Source: an uncultured Alphaproteobacteria bacterium
GTDB lineage: Bacteria > Pseudomonadota > Alphaproteobacteria > CAAHEQ01 > UBA3637
Length of the DNA stretch: 64,000 nucleotides
Direction: 5' to 3'
Assembly (NCBI GenBank): GCA_944392145.1
Contig: CALXVS010000005.1
Span: forward strand, 1,045-65,044
Part shown: piece by piece, positions 36,019 to 48,085 of the stretch
Layout of the letters: each line of letters begins with the position of its first letter
Position numbering within the stretch: the first letter of the stretch is position 1
The notes under the pieces: generated by a model
Databases searched by the model: none
What the model was told of the DNA's origin: nothing
Seen by the model: the letters and a program-made list of their open reading frames with translations, nothing else
Translations under genes and position numbers: made by a program

Positions 36019-36891
36019 ATGATTGTTTTACCAACACGCAAAACACCTGTTTTATGCCAAGGTTTGACCTCGGTTGCCGGGGCAACACATACAGAGTTAG
36101 CCATTGCTTACGGCAGCCGAATCGTGGCCGGAACCGGCCGAGATGACAACATTGACCGCTTTTTAAATATTCCCGTTTTCTCATCTGTTAAAGAGGCTGT
36201 TCGGAAAACAAAACCGCTGATCAGTGTCATTTTTTCCACACCGACAAGAGCCTTGGATGATGTTTCGGAAGCAATCAAGGCCCGTATTCCGACGATTATC
36301 TGCACGACAGAACATGTTCCGGCGCAAGATATTTTAAAAATGAAAGAATTGGCATTGAAATACGGTGTTCATTTGATCGGTCCGTCATCATTGGGGATTG
36401 TGCGAACAGGAGATTGTTTGATCGGCAACATTCCCGCCCATTTGTTTCCGAAAGGCAATATCGGTCTTATCGGCCGGTCCAGTTCATTGATTTATGAAGC
36501 CATCCAACAATTGGCAAAAAAACAGCGCGGCGTATCGGTTTGCGTCTCTTTAGGCGCCGGCGAGTTAATGACAACCTCGTTTATTCCGGTCATTCAAGCC
36601 ATGATGAAAGACAACAGCACAAAAGCCATTCTAGCTATCGGACAACTTTATGGCCAAGCAGAATTTGAATTAGCCGATTATTACAAAAAGTGTCGTAAGA
36701 AAAAGCCTTTGGCTCTTTATATTCCGGGGAAAACATTATTTTCAAATGAAAAAAAACCTATCCTGGGCACAAATCCCATTCGTCCGGCAGATGTCATCAC
36801 CCAAAAACAGACAGCCTTAAACAAAGCCGGCATCCGTGTTATTTATTCATGTGAGGACTTGGGAACATTTTTTGAACAAGCAACACCTTAA
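36019..36891 (+). CDS. sucD: Succinyl-CoA synthetase alpha subunit homolog lacking the phospho-His motif
   Basis: VLCQGLT, AYGSRIVAG, PVFSSVKEAV, CTTEHVP, LIGP; directly follows sucC; MGHAGA is absent. Confidence 0.8.
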   Translation: MIVLPTRKTPVLCQGLTSVAGATHTELAIAYGSRIVAGTGRDDNIDRFLNIPVFSSVKEAVRKTKPLISVIFSTPTRALDDVSEAIKARIPTIICTTEHVPAQDILKMKELALKYGVHLIGPSSLGIVRTGDCLIGNIPAHLFPKGNIGLIGRSSSLIYEAIQQLAKKQRGVSVCVSLGAGELMTTSFIPVIQAMMKDNSTKAILAIGQLYGQAEFELADYYKKCRKKKPLALYIPGKTLFSNEKKPILGTNPIRPADVITQKQTALNKAGIRVIYSCEDLGTFFEQATP

Positions 36892-37664
36892 CGGCAAAGA
36901 CCGACGATCCGGCTTGCATGTGACGCAATAAAAGCCACCTGCCCCGAACGCCAATCATACGCACATAGCTCGCAACGCCCCATTCGGTCTGATGCCACAA
37001 AAACCTCGTCACCTGCTACAGAAAAACTGATTGCTGTCGGTCGGCTTACGGAAAATGTTCCCAATGTTTGCCCCGCAGTATCAAAAATAATCAGGTTTTC
37101 TTCTTTCAAGATTGCGATAAGCCCCCTTTCCTCGTGCAGGGTAAATGCCGAAACACCTTCGGCCAAACACACTTGTTCAAACGTTTCCTTGTTTAAACAA
37201 TATAATCGCTGATCGGCACCGATAAAAAACAAATCACCCGTTTTTTGATGAAAAACGGGCGGTGCAATGCGTGCACTTGTTTGAAACACCCGTTTAAACC
37301 GTGTTCGGGGACGTTCTGAAACGACCAAGTTGCCACAGCCTTTCCGACTCAGTAAATCCGCCTCCAAAAAAGCCAATCTTAATTTCTTTTGAATTAAAAG
37401 TGCCGGATAATACACATATCCTTGCACATGAAGCAACGGGTATGGTTCTCTTTGAGAAAAACGCAAATCCAACGCCAAAACAGCCGTTTCATTTTGACGA
37501 AAGGAAACGCCCAAAATACCCTTGCGATCCGATGAAAAAGCACAAAAAGCAAAACCATTTTTGACAAAACAGACACGACCATCTTTAAATACGGCCCAAA
37601 TTTTTTCATTTTCGTCAATAAAAAATAAACGATACAGCGATAAAAATGTATTTGTCATTTGCAA
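36888..37664 (-). CDS. Hypothetical protein, possible beta-propeller
   Basis: 258-aa ORF with repeated short beta-strand motifs (AFSSD, ISFSVAGDEVFVAS). Confidence 0.45.
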   Translation of the reverse strand: MQMTNTFLSLYRLFFIDENEKIWAVFKDGRVCFVKNGFAFCAFSSDRKGILGVSFRQNETAVLALDLRFSQREPYPLLHVQGYVYYPALLIQKKLRLAFLEADLLSRKGCGNLVVSERPRTRFKRVFQTSARIAPPVFHQKTGDLFFIGADQRLYCLNKETFEQVCLAEGVSAFTLHEERGLIAILKEENLIIFDTAGQTLGTFSVSRPTAISFSVAGDEVFVASDRMGRCELCAYDWRSGQVAFIASHASRIVGLCR

Positions 37665-37737
37665 TTCGTCCTAAAAAAATATATATTAATCTTGATTGAA
37701 TTGCAACAAACTTATTGAAAGGATATCAAAGGGTTCC

Positions 37738-38700
37738 ATGACGACACCGATTGAAGCGTTTCAACGGCTTAAAAAATACATGAATTCACGCATTATCGGC
37801 CAAACAGGATTGGTTGACAAATTGTTAATTAGTTTACTGTGTTCGGGACATTTGCTGGTTGAAGGAGCACCAGGGCTTGCCAAAACAAAAGCGATTAAAA
37901 CGCTTTCCAGCGTTATTGAAGCCACGTCACACCGTATTCAATTTACACCTGACTTGCTCCCTTCAGATATCACGGGCAGCGATGTCTATCGCCCACAAAC
38001 GAACTCTTTTTTCTTTCAAAAAGGGCCTGTTTTCAGAAATTTGATTTTGGCAGATGAAATCAACCGTGCTCCGGCAAAGGTTCAATCTGCCCTGTTAGAG
38101 GCTATGGGAGAAGGCCAGGTAACTGTCGGTAATATAACCTATCAACTACCTGATTTATTTATGGTTATGGCAACTCAAAACCCGATTGAACAAGAAGGAA
38201 CCTATCCACTGCCCGAAGCGCAATTGGATCGTTTTTTAATGTATGTAAAAATCGGGTATCCGGATATTGATTCAGAACGCCAAATTTTGAAATTAATTCA
38301 AGGAGAGGAAAAAAAGCAAATTATTTCCACACCTGATCCCATTACACAAAAGACGATTTTTGATGCCCGATCCGAGGTTTTAAATGTTTATACCTCACCT
38401 GAACTGGAAGAATACATAATTCAATTGATTATGGCAACCCGGAATCCGGCTCCTTATGATAAAAAGCTGATTCCATTGATCCGTTTCGGGGCCTCACCAC
38501 GCGGTACAATTGCTTTAGATATCTGCACAAAGGCAAATGCCTGGCTTAACGGACGAGATTTTGTAACGCCGTCAGATATTCAAGCCGTCGCAAATGATGT
38601 GCTGCAACACCGTATCATCACATCGTTTGAAGCCAAAACAGAGCACATCAGCAGCGAGGATATCATCGGCATGTTGCTTGAAAGGGTACCGCTGCCCTGA
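37738..38700 (+). CDS. moxR: MoxR-family AAA+ ATPase
   Basis: HLLVEGAPGLAKT, RIQFTPDLLPSD, LADEINRAPAKVQSALLEAM, ATQNPIEQEGTYPLPEAQLDRF. Confidence 0.95.
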   Translation: MTTPIEAFQRLKKYMNSRIIGQTGLVDKLLISLLCSGHLLVEGAPGLAKTKAIKTLSSVIEATSHRIQFTPDLLPSDITGSDVYRPQTNSFFFQKGPVFRNLILADEINRAPAKVQSALLEAMGEGQVTVGNITYQLPDLFMVMATQNPIEQEGTYPLPEAQLDRFLMYVKIGYPDIDSERQILKLIQGEEKKQIISTPDPITQKTIFDARSEVLNVYTSPELEEYIIQLIMATRNPAPYDKKLIPLIRFGASPRGTIALDICTKANAWLNGRDFVTPSDIQAVANDVLQHRIITSFEAKTEHISSEDIIGMLLERVPLP

Positions 38701-39623
38701 TGCGTCAACGTTCTTTGAAAAATCCCGTCTTTGCACACGTGTCAGAACTGGTGGCTTTAAAAAAAACAGCCGAAACAGTGTTATCACCTATGCAAAAAAA
38801 ACAGGCGTTCAAAGACATAGGGGATGTCAATTCCCCGTTTAAGAGTAAAGGATTAGATTTTCAAGAAGTTCGGCAGTATCAACCCGGAGACGATCCTCGG
38901 CAAATTGATTGGCGAGTCACCGCCAAATATGGGGAACCATTTACTAAATTATACACAGATGAAAAAGCCCGATCTGTTTTCATTGTAGCAGATTTAAGAA
39001 CACATATGAAATTTGCTTCACATGGTGATTTTAAATCAGTGGTTTGTGCTAAATCTTGCGCTTTATTGACTTTTGCCGCATTGCATCATCAGGACAAAAC
39101 AACGATACAACTGCTTTTACCCACCAAAATACAGCTTTTCAGTAACCTAAAAAAAAGCGACGAAGTCGGTGGTTTACTAAACACACTGTCTGATGCAACG
39201 TATCCGTATCACTTCCCCCACGACAATGTTTCGTTCACACAAAACTTACAACTGGCAAGTAAACAAGCCGCAAAAGGGTCAATCATTTTTATCTTAAGTG
39301 ATTTTCATGATTTAACCGATGATGTGGAACCTTTTTTTGCCGCTTTAACGCACAAAAATACCGTGACCTGCATTCATATCTATGATTTTTTAGAAAGACA
39401 ATTGCCCGCCGGATATCTGCCCGTTACAGATGGAGAAGATTTGTTGATTGCAGATATGACGACCAAACGTGCGCGTGAAGCATTTTCAGAAAAATTTGAC
39501 CGGCGTCATGATCTGATTGAACAGTGGTGCACTCGTTATGAAATGAACTTTCTAACATTACGCAATGATACTGATTACATCCGTAATTTGCGCTTTTTTT
39601 ATGAAAAGGAATCCAGCCGATGA
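38700..39623 (+). CDS. DUF58 (VWA-like) protein
   Basis: GLDFQEVRQYQPGDDPRQIDWRVTAK, FILSDF. Confidence 0.9.
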   Translation: MRQRSLKNPVFAHVSELVALKKTAETVLSPMQKKQAFKDIGDVNSPFKSKGLDFQEVRQYQPGDDPRQIDWRVTAKYGEPFTKLYTDEKARSVFIVADLRTHMKFASHGDFKSVVCAKSCALLTFAALHHQDKTTIQLLLPTKIQLFSNLKKSDEVGGLLNTLSDATYPYHFPHDNVSFTQNLQLASKQAAKGSIIFILSDFHDLTDDVEPFFAALTHKNTVTCIHIYDFLERQLPAGYLPVTDGEDLLIADMTTKRAREAFSEKFDRRHDLIEQWCTRYEMNFLTLRNDTDYIRNLRFFYEKESSR

Positions 39624-40111
39624 TGCAACCGGATTTAACGGGATTGAAAGGTTTGCACATTCCCTCCGAGCCACCATTTTTCCCTCCTGCATGGGGATGG
39701 TGGGTGGTAAGTATTGCTGTTCTGATCATTTTAACGGGACTCTTTTTTTTATTACATCGGTCTTTTTTTTCGGCGAAAAACTATGCATTACGGGAGTTAA
39801 AGCATCTTGCCCAAGCACAACAAAATCCCGTCTTATTGGGGCGCGAAATTTCAAAGCTATTGAAACGGATTGTTTTATTTCTTTTTCCCCGTAACCGCTT
39901 CAGCACTTTATCCGCGGATGAATGGAGTTCTTTTTTAGTGAACAAAGCACCTGGTATTTTTTCCAAAGAACAAGCAAATTTTATTGCTTTTTCGGTCTTT
40001 TTGCCCGATAATAAAGTGCAAACACTTAATACAAAAATCCTGATGCGTCAAACACGTTTGTGGATTCAACATATATTTAAAGGAACAACCGATGGAAATC
40101 AGAACAAGTGA
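39620..40111 (+). CDS. DUF4381-family membrane protein
   Basis: LKGLHIPSEPPFFPPAWGWW followed by a TM segment; canonical position after DUF58. Confidence 0.8.
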   Translation: MMQPDLTGLKGLHIPSEPPFFPPAWGWWVVSIAVLIILTGLFFLLHRSFFSAKNYALRELKHLAQAQQNPVLLGREISKLLKRIVLFLFPRNRFSTLSADEWSSFLVNKAPGIFSKEQANFIAFSVFLPDNKVQTLNTKILMRQTRLWIQHIFKGTTDGNQNK

Positions 40112-40874
40112 TGTGCAAGATGCTGTCCGTATTTTAAAAACACCAATAACCGTTTTAACACAACCAACAGCGCCGGCACCGAAATCAATCGCGGAAACAC
40201 TGCATAAAGCTACAGAAAGGAACACTGGAGCATCACTTCTTGTTTCAATGCGCTATACATCTATCAGCGGAAACGAAAAAGAACGCGATATTTTAATTCG
40301 CCGTGTCATTCATAATAAAAACAATTGGTATATTGACGGTGTTGCTATGGACATTCGGGCCCCTCGTTTGATAAAGGTGGCACAAATCAAACAAATCATG
40401 GATGTTGGATCGGGACGAATCTATGACAATCCCTATGTGTTTTTACAAAACAAAATGGGGGTTGAAATCAACAATGATATTTTGCCTGAAGAACCTTCTG
40501 ATTTTTCAAAAGCTATTGCGCGAACACATCATGAAATCACAGTCTTGATGTATTTAGTTGCAATTGACGGTATCCGCAATAAAAATGAGCGGGGGGCTGT
40601 TTTAGATTATGTGAAATCACGAACAACTGATTTGTCCTACTCGGACGAAGAATTAAACGAATACCTGATTTCTATTGCCCCCGATGAAGAAAGTTTTATC
40701 AATGCCCTACACAAAGTTTTAAACAAAGATAAGTCAACGATTGAGGCCTTCATTCGTGGGATGCTTCAGGTGATTACCGCCGATGGAACCATCCATGAAA
40801 AAGAGCGCGCCTTTTTGGTGCGTATTATTAACTTGTTAGAACATGACGGATTTGAAATTTCTTTGCCGGCTTAA
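40092..40874 (+). CDS. WYL-like N-terminal plus TerB-like C-terminal protein
   Basis: MRYTSISGNEKERDI..YIDG....RAPRLIK (WYL-like); AIDG....ER and TADGTIHEKER (TerB-like). Confidence 0.55.
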   Translation: MEIRTSDVQDAVRILKTPITVLTQPTAPAPKSIAETLHKATERNTGASLLVSMRYTSISGNEKERDILIRRVIHNKNNWYIDGVAMDIRAPRLIKVAQIKQIMDVGSGRIYDNPYVFLQNKMGVEINNDILPEEPSDFSKAIARTHHEITVLMYLVAIDGIRNKNERGAVLDYVKSRTTDLSYSDEELNEYLISIAPDEESFINALHKVLNKDKSTIEAFIRGMLQVITADGTIHEKERAFLVRIINLLEHDGFEISLPA

Positions 40875-40887
40875 GGCAATTTTTTTC

Positions 40888-40916
40888 TTGACTTCTGTTT
40901 AAAAGTTTCTTACAAT
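40888..40916 (+). promoter_or_regulatory. Promoter of rpmG
   Basis: TTGACT-N17-TACAAT. Confidence 0.55.
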
Positions 40917-40959
40917 GCAAGTTCTAAACGGTTTTTAATTATTTTTTTAAGGATATATC

Positions 40960-41127
40960 ATGGCAAAGCCGACAACAGTTGAAATTAAATTAGAAAGCAC
41001 AGCCGGAACGGGTGTTTTCTATGTAACGAAAAAAAATCCAAAAACAAAAACGGAAAAAATGAAAATTCGCAAATACGACAGAAAAGCGAAAAAGCACGTT
41101 GAATTTGTTGAAAAGAAAGTAAAATAA
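40960..41127 (+). CDS. rpmG: 50S ribosomal protein L33 (not in the ORF track)
   Basis: [55 protein letters not shown]. Confidence 0.97.
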   Translation: MAKPTTVEIKLESTAGTGVFYVTKKNPKTKTEKMKIRKYDRKAKKHVEFVEKKVK

Positions 41128-41216
41128 AAAAAGTGCCTCTTAAAGGGGCGTTTTTTTGTTTATTTTTCATATTAAAAAACGGCGCTTATGCGCCGTTTTT
41201 ACTTGATAAATACCGA

Positions 41217-42947
41217 TCAACGCCCCTCGGAACGAGAAACACGGTTATAACGGCTGACAAAATAAGTTGTTTTTGTCCCATTTTCCAGGCGATCCATTGC
41301 CTGTTTCAAAACACCTTTATTGCTTTCCGAAAAATACTTATATGTGCCGTCCGATTGCTCTTGAACCCGAACTGCTGTAATGGGTTTAGAGCCATTCCCC
41401 AAACGAATAACTTTTTCATAATATTCATCCGGATTATATTCTCCCCGTTCCCACTTTTGAAATTGACCATCAGCATTCACACCCCGTACCGTTGAAGTCC
41501 CACTGGCACGGGTTACATGAACATTGTCACGGAAATGCGCGTGAGCTTTTGCATCACCGGAAGAAGCATATGAAATCTCACACCCGGAATATCCACCTTG
41601 TCCGATCGTGCAGCTCTCAACACCTTTGATAATCTCGGTTCCATCTTCCAATATTTGAGTATAAATGACCACACCCATTTTTTCACCGCTATTAACATAA
41701 TTAAAGGGATTAAAGGGAACCTCTTTCGTTGCCAGTTGGTTTTCTGATTTGATTTTGGCTAACTGTTGTTTCAAACCCTTATTTTCCTGCTTCACCTGTT
41801 CGGCTTCAACAGTGCGCCGTTGATGGGCTTGCGAAACAATATCCAGCTGTTCTTGTAATTCTTTAATTGTCTGATTTAAAGAAATTTGCTCTTTCATAGA
41901 ACCAACCAATTTTTTATTTGTATTAATCAATTCCAATTTCAATGCATTGATTTCTTTCGCTTGCTCAATACTGAAATCTGCACGTTTCAACGCTTCTTGC
42001 TCGGCTTTTTTCAATTGAAGTGCCAATTGGTCGGCTTTTTGTGTTAAAAGCTGTTTTTCTTCCAAAGAACGGGCCAAAGCCTGTTTATTTTTTTCTAAAT
42101 CATCTGTCAATGATTTGATTTCTCTACCCTTTTTCAAATTTTCACCCGCCTGATGTTTCAAGGCGGCATTGGTTACGACTAATTCTTCATTCAAACGTTT
42201 GATTTCTTCCTCTTGTTTTTTAACAGCCTTTTCTTTCATCAATACTTGACGTGCTTGATTCAGTAAAGAGGCATTGGTCACAGCCAACTCTTCTTTCAAT
42301 TGCTTAATCACAGCCTGTTTTTTCAAATTTTCGCCGGCTTGATTTTGTAAAGAAGCTTCCGTTATCGCTAAAGTATCTGCCTGCGCTTTTACTTTCTTAC
42401 CATTCTTTAAATTTTCGCCTGCCTGGTGTTGCAAAGAAGCTTCTGTTACACGAAGTGCTTCTTCTAATTCAAGACATTTATTCAACAATTTTTCCCGCTC
42501 GGCATTCATCTGAGCCAATTCTTCCTTTTGTTGGAACAACTCTTGTTGCGCTTCATATAAAACTTTTCCTTGTTCTTTTAAAGACTGGTTCAGTGTTGCA
42601 TTTTCACTTTCCAAGGCCTGAGCTTTACCTAATTGACGCCGATGTGCATCCGAAGTGATCTCTTTTTCTTCTTCTAAAGCCCGCGCTTTTTTTTCCCAAG
42701 CATCCCGCTCGGCTAAAGCACGATTTAAAGCTTGATCCAATCGGGCACCATGTGCGGTTTCTTTAAAATCGCCCTCAAAATAAGATTCTCCGTTAGCCGT
42801 TCCCGCCACTGTTTGCGTCACGGCACCATTTTCGGACATCGGTACATTTTCACTTTCATTGTTGTTTGTCCCCCCAAACAAACTTGCCGCTGCCATTGTC
42901 AACGTCGCTGTCATACCCGCTTTCTTTTTAACTTCGTTTTTTGCCAT
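41217..42947 (-). CDS. Long coiled-coil hypothetical protein with internal repeats
   Basis: Heptad-rich central region with four LxxT(E/N)AxLxxQA(GENLK) units; globular C-terminus. Confidence 0.7.
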   Translation of the reverse strand: MAKNEVKKKAGMTATLTMAAASLFGGTNNNESENVPMSENGAVTQTVAGTANGESYFEGDFKETAHGARLDQALNRALAERDAWEKKARALEEEKEITSDAHRRQLGKAQALESENATLNQSLKEQGKVLYEAQQELFQQKEELAQMNAEREKLLNKCLELEEALRVTEASLQHQAGENLKNGKKVKAQADTLAITEASLQNQAGENLKKQAVIKQLKEELAVTNASLLNQARQVLMKEKAVKKQEEEIKRLNEELVVTNAALKHQAGENLKKGREIKSLTDDLEKNKQALARSLEEKQLLTQKADQLALQLKKAEQEALKRADFSIEQAKEINALKLELINTNKKLVGSMKEQISLNQTIKELQEQLDIVSQAHQRRTVEAEQVKQENKGLKQQLAKIKSENQLATKEVPFNPFNYVNSGEKMGVVIYTQILEDGTEIIKGVESCTIGQGGYSGCEISYASSGDAKAHAHFRDNVHVTRASGTSTVRGVNADGQFQKWERGEYNPDEYYEKVIRLGNGSKPITAVRVQEQSDGTYKYFSESNKGVLKQAMDRLENGTKTTYFVSRYNRVSRSEGR

Positions 42948-43129
42948 GATGTTTACCCTTTCCCTTTCATGCTTAAAATGATTGCGATAAACTTATTATA
43001 TACCCTTTTCCTTTTTTTGTAAAACATTTTTTATAAAACTTCTGCGAAAAACAAAAAATACACTGAATTAAAAGAAAAATCTTATCTGTCTATTAATGAA
43101 AAAGCCCGCTTTTTAAAACGGGCTTTTTA

Positions 43130-45544
<2,415 letters not shown>

Positions 45545-46711
45545 TTAAGCAACTTTTTGAAGGGTCAACATTGAATCTTCAACATTAAAAAACTGTGCCT
45601 GATTTTTCAAATACGCAAAAACAGCGGCATCTGTACCGGTCATCCAAACCTGTGTCGGTAAATTTTTTAAGATATCAAATAATGCATCTCGCCGAAAAGC
45701 ATCTAAATGCGCCCCGACTTCATCTAAAAGCAGCAAAGGACATTGTCCTTGCTCTTGCGTTTGGGCACGCATCTGCGCCAACAAAATAGATAAAAGTAAG
45801 GCTTTTTGCTCACCCGTTGAGCACAAAGAAGCCTCTGTTGCTTTAGCGGCATGAATGACCTTAAAATCTGCCGTATGCGGCCCGGTTAATCCGGCTCCGT
45901 CAGCATAAGCACGGCGAGAACGACACAGATAGGCCGCAAATTCATCTTCTACGACAACGGCAGCTTTTTGAAGCAATGCCTGTTCAACCATGCCTGTTAA
46001 AATAATTTCCGGCCGCGGGAAAAGAGCCTCCTCCCCTGTATTTAAATAAGCCGAAATCCGTTCCACCACATCTAATCGCGAAGCAGCAATAGCAACACCC
46101 GTTGCAACCATTTGTTCTTCCAATCCCATCAACCAAGCCTTCTCCGAACACCCCTCACGCAACAAACAACTCCATTGTTTAAAAGCCGTGTTATACGCAC
46201 TTAACCGATTGGTATGATTAGCATCAAAAGCTTGAACCAAACGATCCAAAAAACGACGCCGCGAAACAGGATCTCCGCAAAACAACCGATCTTGTGCCGG
46301 TGTCAACCATAAACACCGCATAATTTCACCTAATTCGCTTTGCTTTACAGCCGTCCGACCGTCTATACGAATTTGCCGACGTTCTGATCCATCAACGGTT
46401 CCTGTTCCGATTTTTGAAAAGCCATGTCGCGTTCGTACACCGGCAGAAACACTCCACCGTGCCGGTAATTGAATAATAGCGGGTTCTGCCGAAACAACAT
46501 GTCCTGTCCGGCGCGCCACATCGCTTAATCGTGCTCCACGCAACCCGCGGCCGGCCGTCAAAAAAGAAATAGATTCCAAAATATTTGTTTTTCCCGCACC
46601 GTTGCGCCCAGTCAGGACAATCGGCACAAACGATTCATCCAATGCCATATCTAAAAAAGCATAGGAACGAAAATTTGCCAACCGTAACTGGATAACGCCG
46701 GTTTTTTCCAT
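45545..46711 (-). CDS. recF: DNA replication/repair protein RecF
   Basis: NFRSY, GRNGAGKTN, RRRFLDR, GPH..D, STGEQK, LLLDE. Confidence 0.97.
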   Translation of the reverse strand: MEKTGVIQLRLANFRSYAFLDMALDESFVPIVLTGRNGAGKTNILESISFLTAGRGLRGARLSDVARRTGHVVSAEPAIIQLPARWSVSAGVRTRHGFSKIGTGTVDGSERRQIRIDGRTAVKQSELGEIMRCLWLTPAQDRLFCGDPVSRRRFLDRLVQAFDANHTNRLSAYNTAFKQWSCLLREGCSEKAWLMGLEEQMVATGVAIAASRLDVVERISAYLNTGEEALFPRPEIILTGMVEQALLQKAAVVVEDEFAAYLCRSRRAYADGAGLTGPHTADFKVIHAAKATEASLCSTGEQKALLLSILLAQMRAQTQEQGQCPLLLLDEVGAHLDAFRRDALFDILKNLPTQVWMTGTDAAVFAYLKNQAQFFNVEDSMLTLQKVA

Positions 46712-46732
46712 GACAAAGACCTTTTTTATGAT

Positions 46733-47848
46733 TTATACCCGCATGGGCATCAAAACATACAAAGCACTTTCATCCGCCGTATCTTGAATCACAACAGGTG
46801 AAATACCATCTTGTAATTTCATCTTGACAGTCCCACTTTTCATTTGCGCCAAAATATCAAGCAAGTATCTAAAATTAAAGCCGATTTCAACGGGCTCCGC
46901 TTCATAAACAGCATCCATTTCATCTTCGGCCGATCCTTCATCGGCGGAAGCAGCAAAAACCTGCAGCAAGGCCGGTTGAATCGCCAATTTAATCCCCCGC
47001 GATTTTTCAGAGACAACAGACACTCGTTCAATAACCGCTGACAAAACAGCGGCATCGGCTTCCAATATTTTATCATTAGCCGACGGAATAACTTTTTCAT
47101 ATTCGGGGTATGTGCCGTCAATCAAACGGGAAGATAAAACAACCCCTGCAATTTTAAAACGAATTTGATTGGCCGAAAGTGAAATGCTGATATCACTTTC
47201 ATTTTCGGCAGCCAATTTAGAAATTTCCCCAATCGTTTTACGCGGGATGATAATGCCCGGCATACCGGTGGCTCCCTGCGGCAATGCCATCTGTGCACAA
47301 GCCAAACGATGTCCATCTGTTGCAACGGCTGACAATAATGGCGTATCACCTTTTTTTTCATGCAAGTAAATACCATTCAGGTTATAGCGTGTTTCTTCTA
47401 CGGATACGGCAAAACTTGTTTTGTTAATCAGACCTAACAGCTCGGTACTTGGCATTGAAAATACAAACGGTGTTTGCTCAACCGTCATAGACGGGAATCC
47501 ATCAGCCGGTAAGGTTGACAATGCAAATTTTGAACGTCCCGAAACAATGGACAGTTGATTTGTTTCACCCGAAAAAGACAAACTTAACTGTGCCCCGTCT
47601 GGCAACCGTTTCACAATATCATACAATTTATGCGCCGGCACCGTGACCGCCCCCGGCGTTTCTACCTGAGCCGGAATATCTTCACAAATTTCAATTTCAT
47701 TGTCGGTTGCTTTTAACGTCAATCCGTCACCGGTTGTTACAATCAAAACATTGGACAAGATGGGAATCGTTTGGCGGCGTTCAACAATGCTTTGAACGTG
47801 TGACAAACCTTTTAACAACGAACTTTTTTCAATGACTAATTTCATCAT
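46733..47848 (-). CDS. dnaN: DNA polymerase III beta clamp
   Basis: TIPILSNV, ETRYNLNG, ATDGHRLA, RLIDGTYPEY, YVLMPMRV. Confidence 0.99.
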   Translation of the reverse strand: MMKLVIEKSSLLKGLSHVQSIVERRQTIPILSNVLIVTTGDGLTLKATDNEIEICEDIPAQVETPGAVTVPAHKLYDIVKRLPDGAQLSLSFSGETNQLSIVSGRSKFALSTLPADGFPSMTVEQTPFVFSMPSTELLGLINKTSFAVSVEETRYNLNGIYLHEKKGDTPLLSAVATDGHRLACAQMALPQGATGMPGIIIPRKTIGEISKLAAENESDISISLSANQIRFKIAGVVLSSRLIDGTYPEYEKVIPSANDKILEADAAVLSAVIERVSVVSEKSRGIKLAIQPALLQVFAASADEGSAEDEMDAVYEAEPVEIGFNFRYLLDILAQMKSGTVKMKLQDGISPVVIQDTADESALYVLMPMRV

Positions 47849-48085
47849 GTTTTCATTTCCTTAAAAGTTAAAAAGTGGATAAAAAAACGGCTTGTTTCAG
47901 TATAACGGATTTTTCAAAAAAAAGATAGAAAAAAAACACAAAAAAAACGTTATTTTGACATTTTCATCTTTTCTGATAATCGATGTGTTTTATTGGCTCA
48001 TCTCAAGCGATAACAACCTAAAAAAAACAACCGATTTTTATAAAGACGCGGAGCGAAAAACATCCGCCCCGCATCTATCTTTATC

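Noticed and set aside
47849-48085. oriC or dnaA expected upstream of dnaN
   Set aside because: There is only one near-consensus DnaA box (TTATCCACT, 47874-47882) and no dnaA. Separation of dnaA from dnaN-recF-gyrB is common in Alphaproteobacteria.
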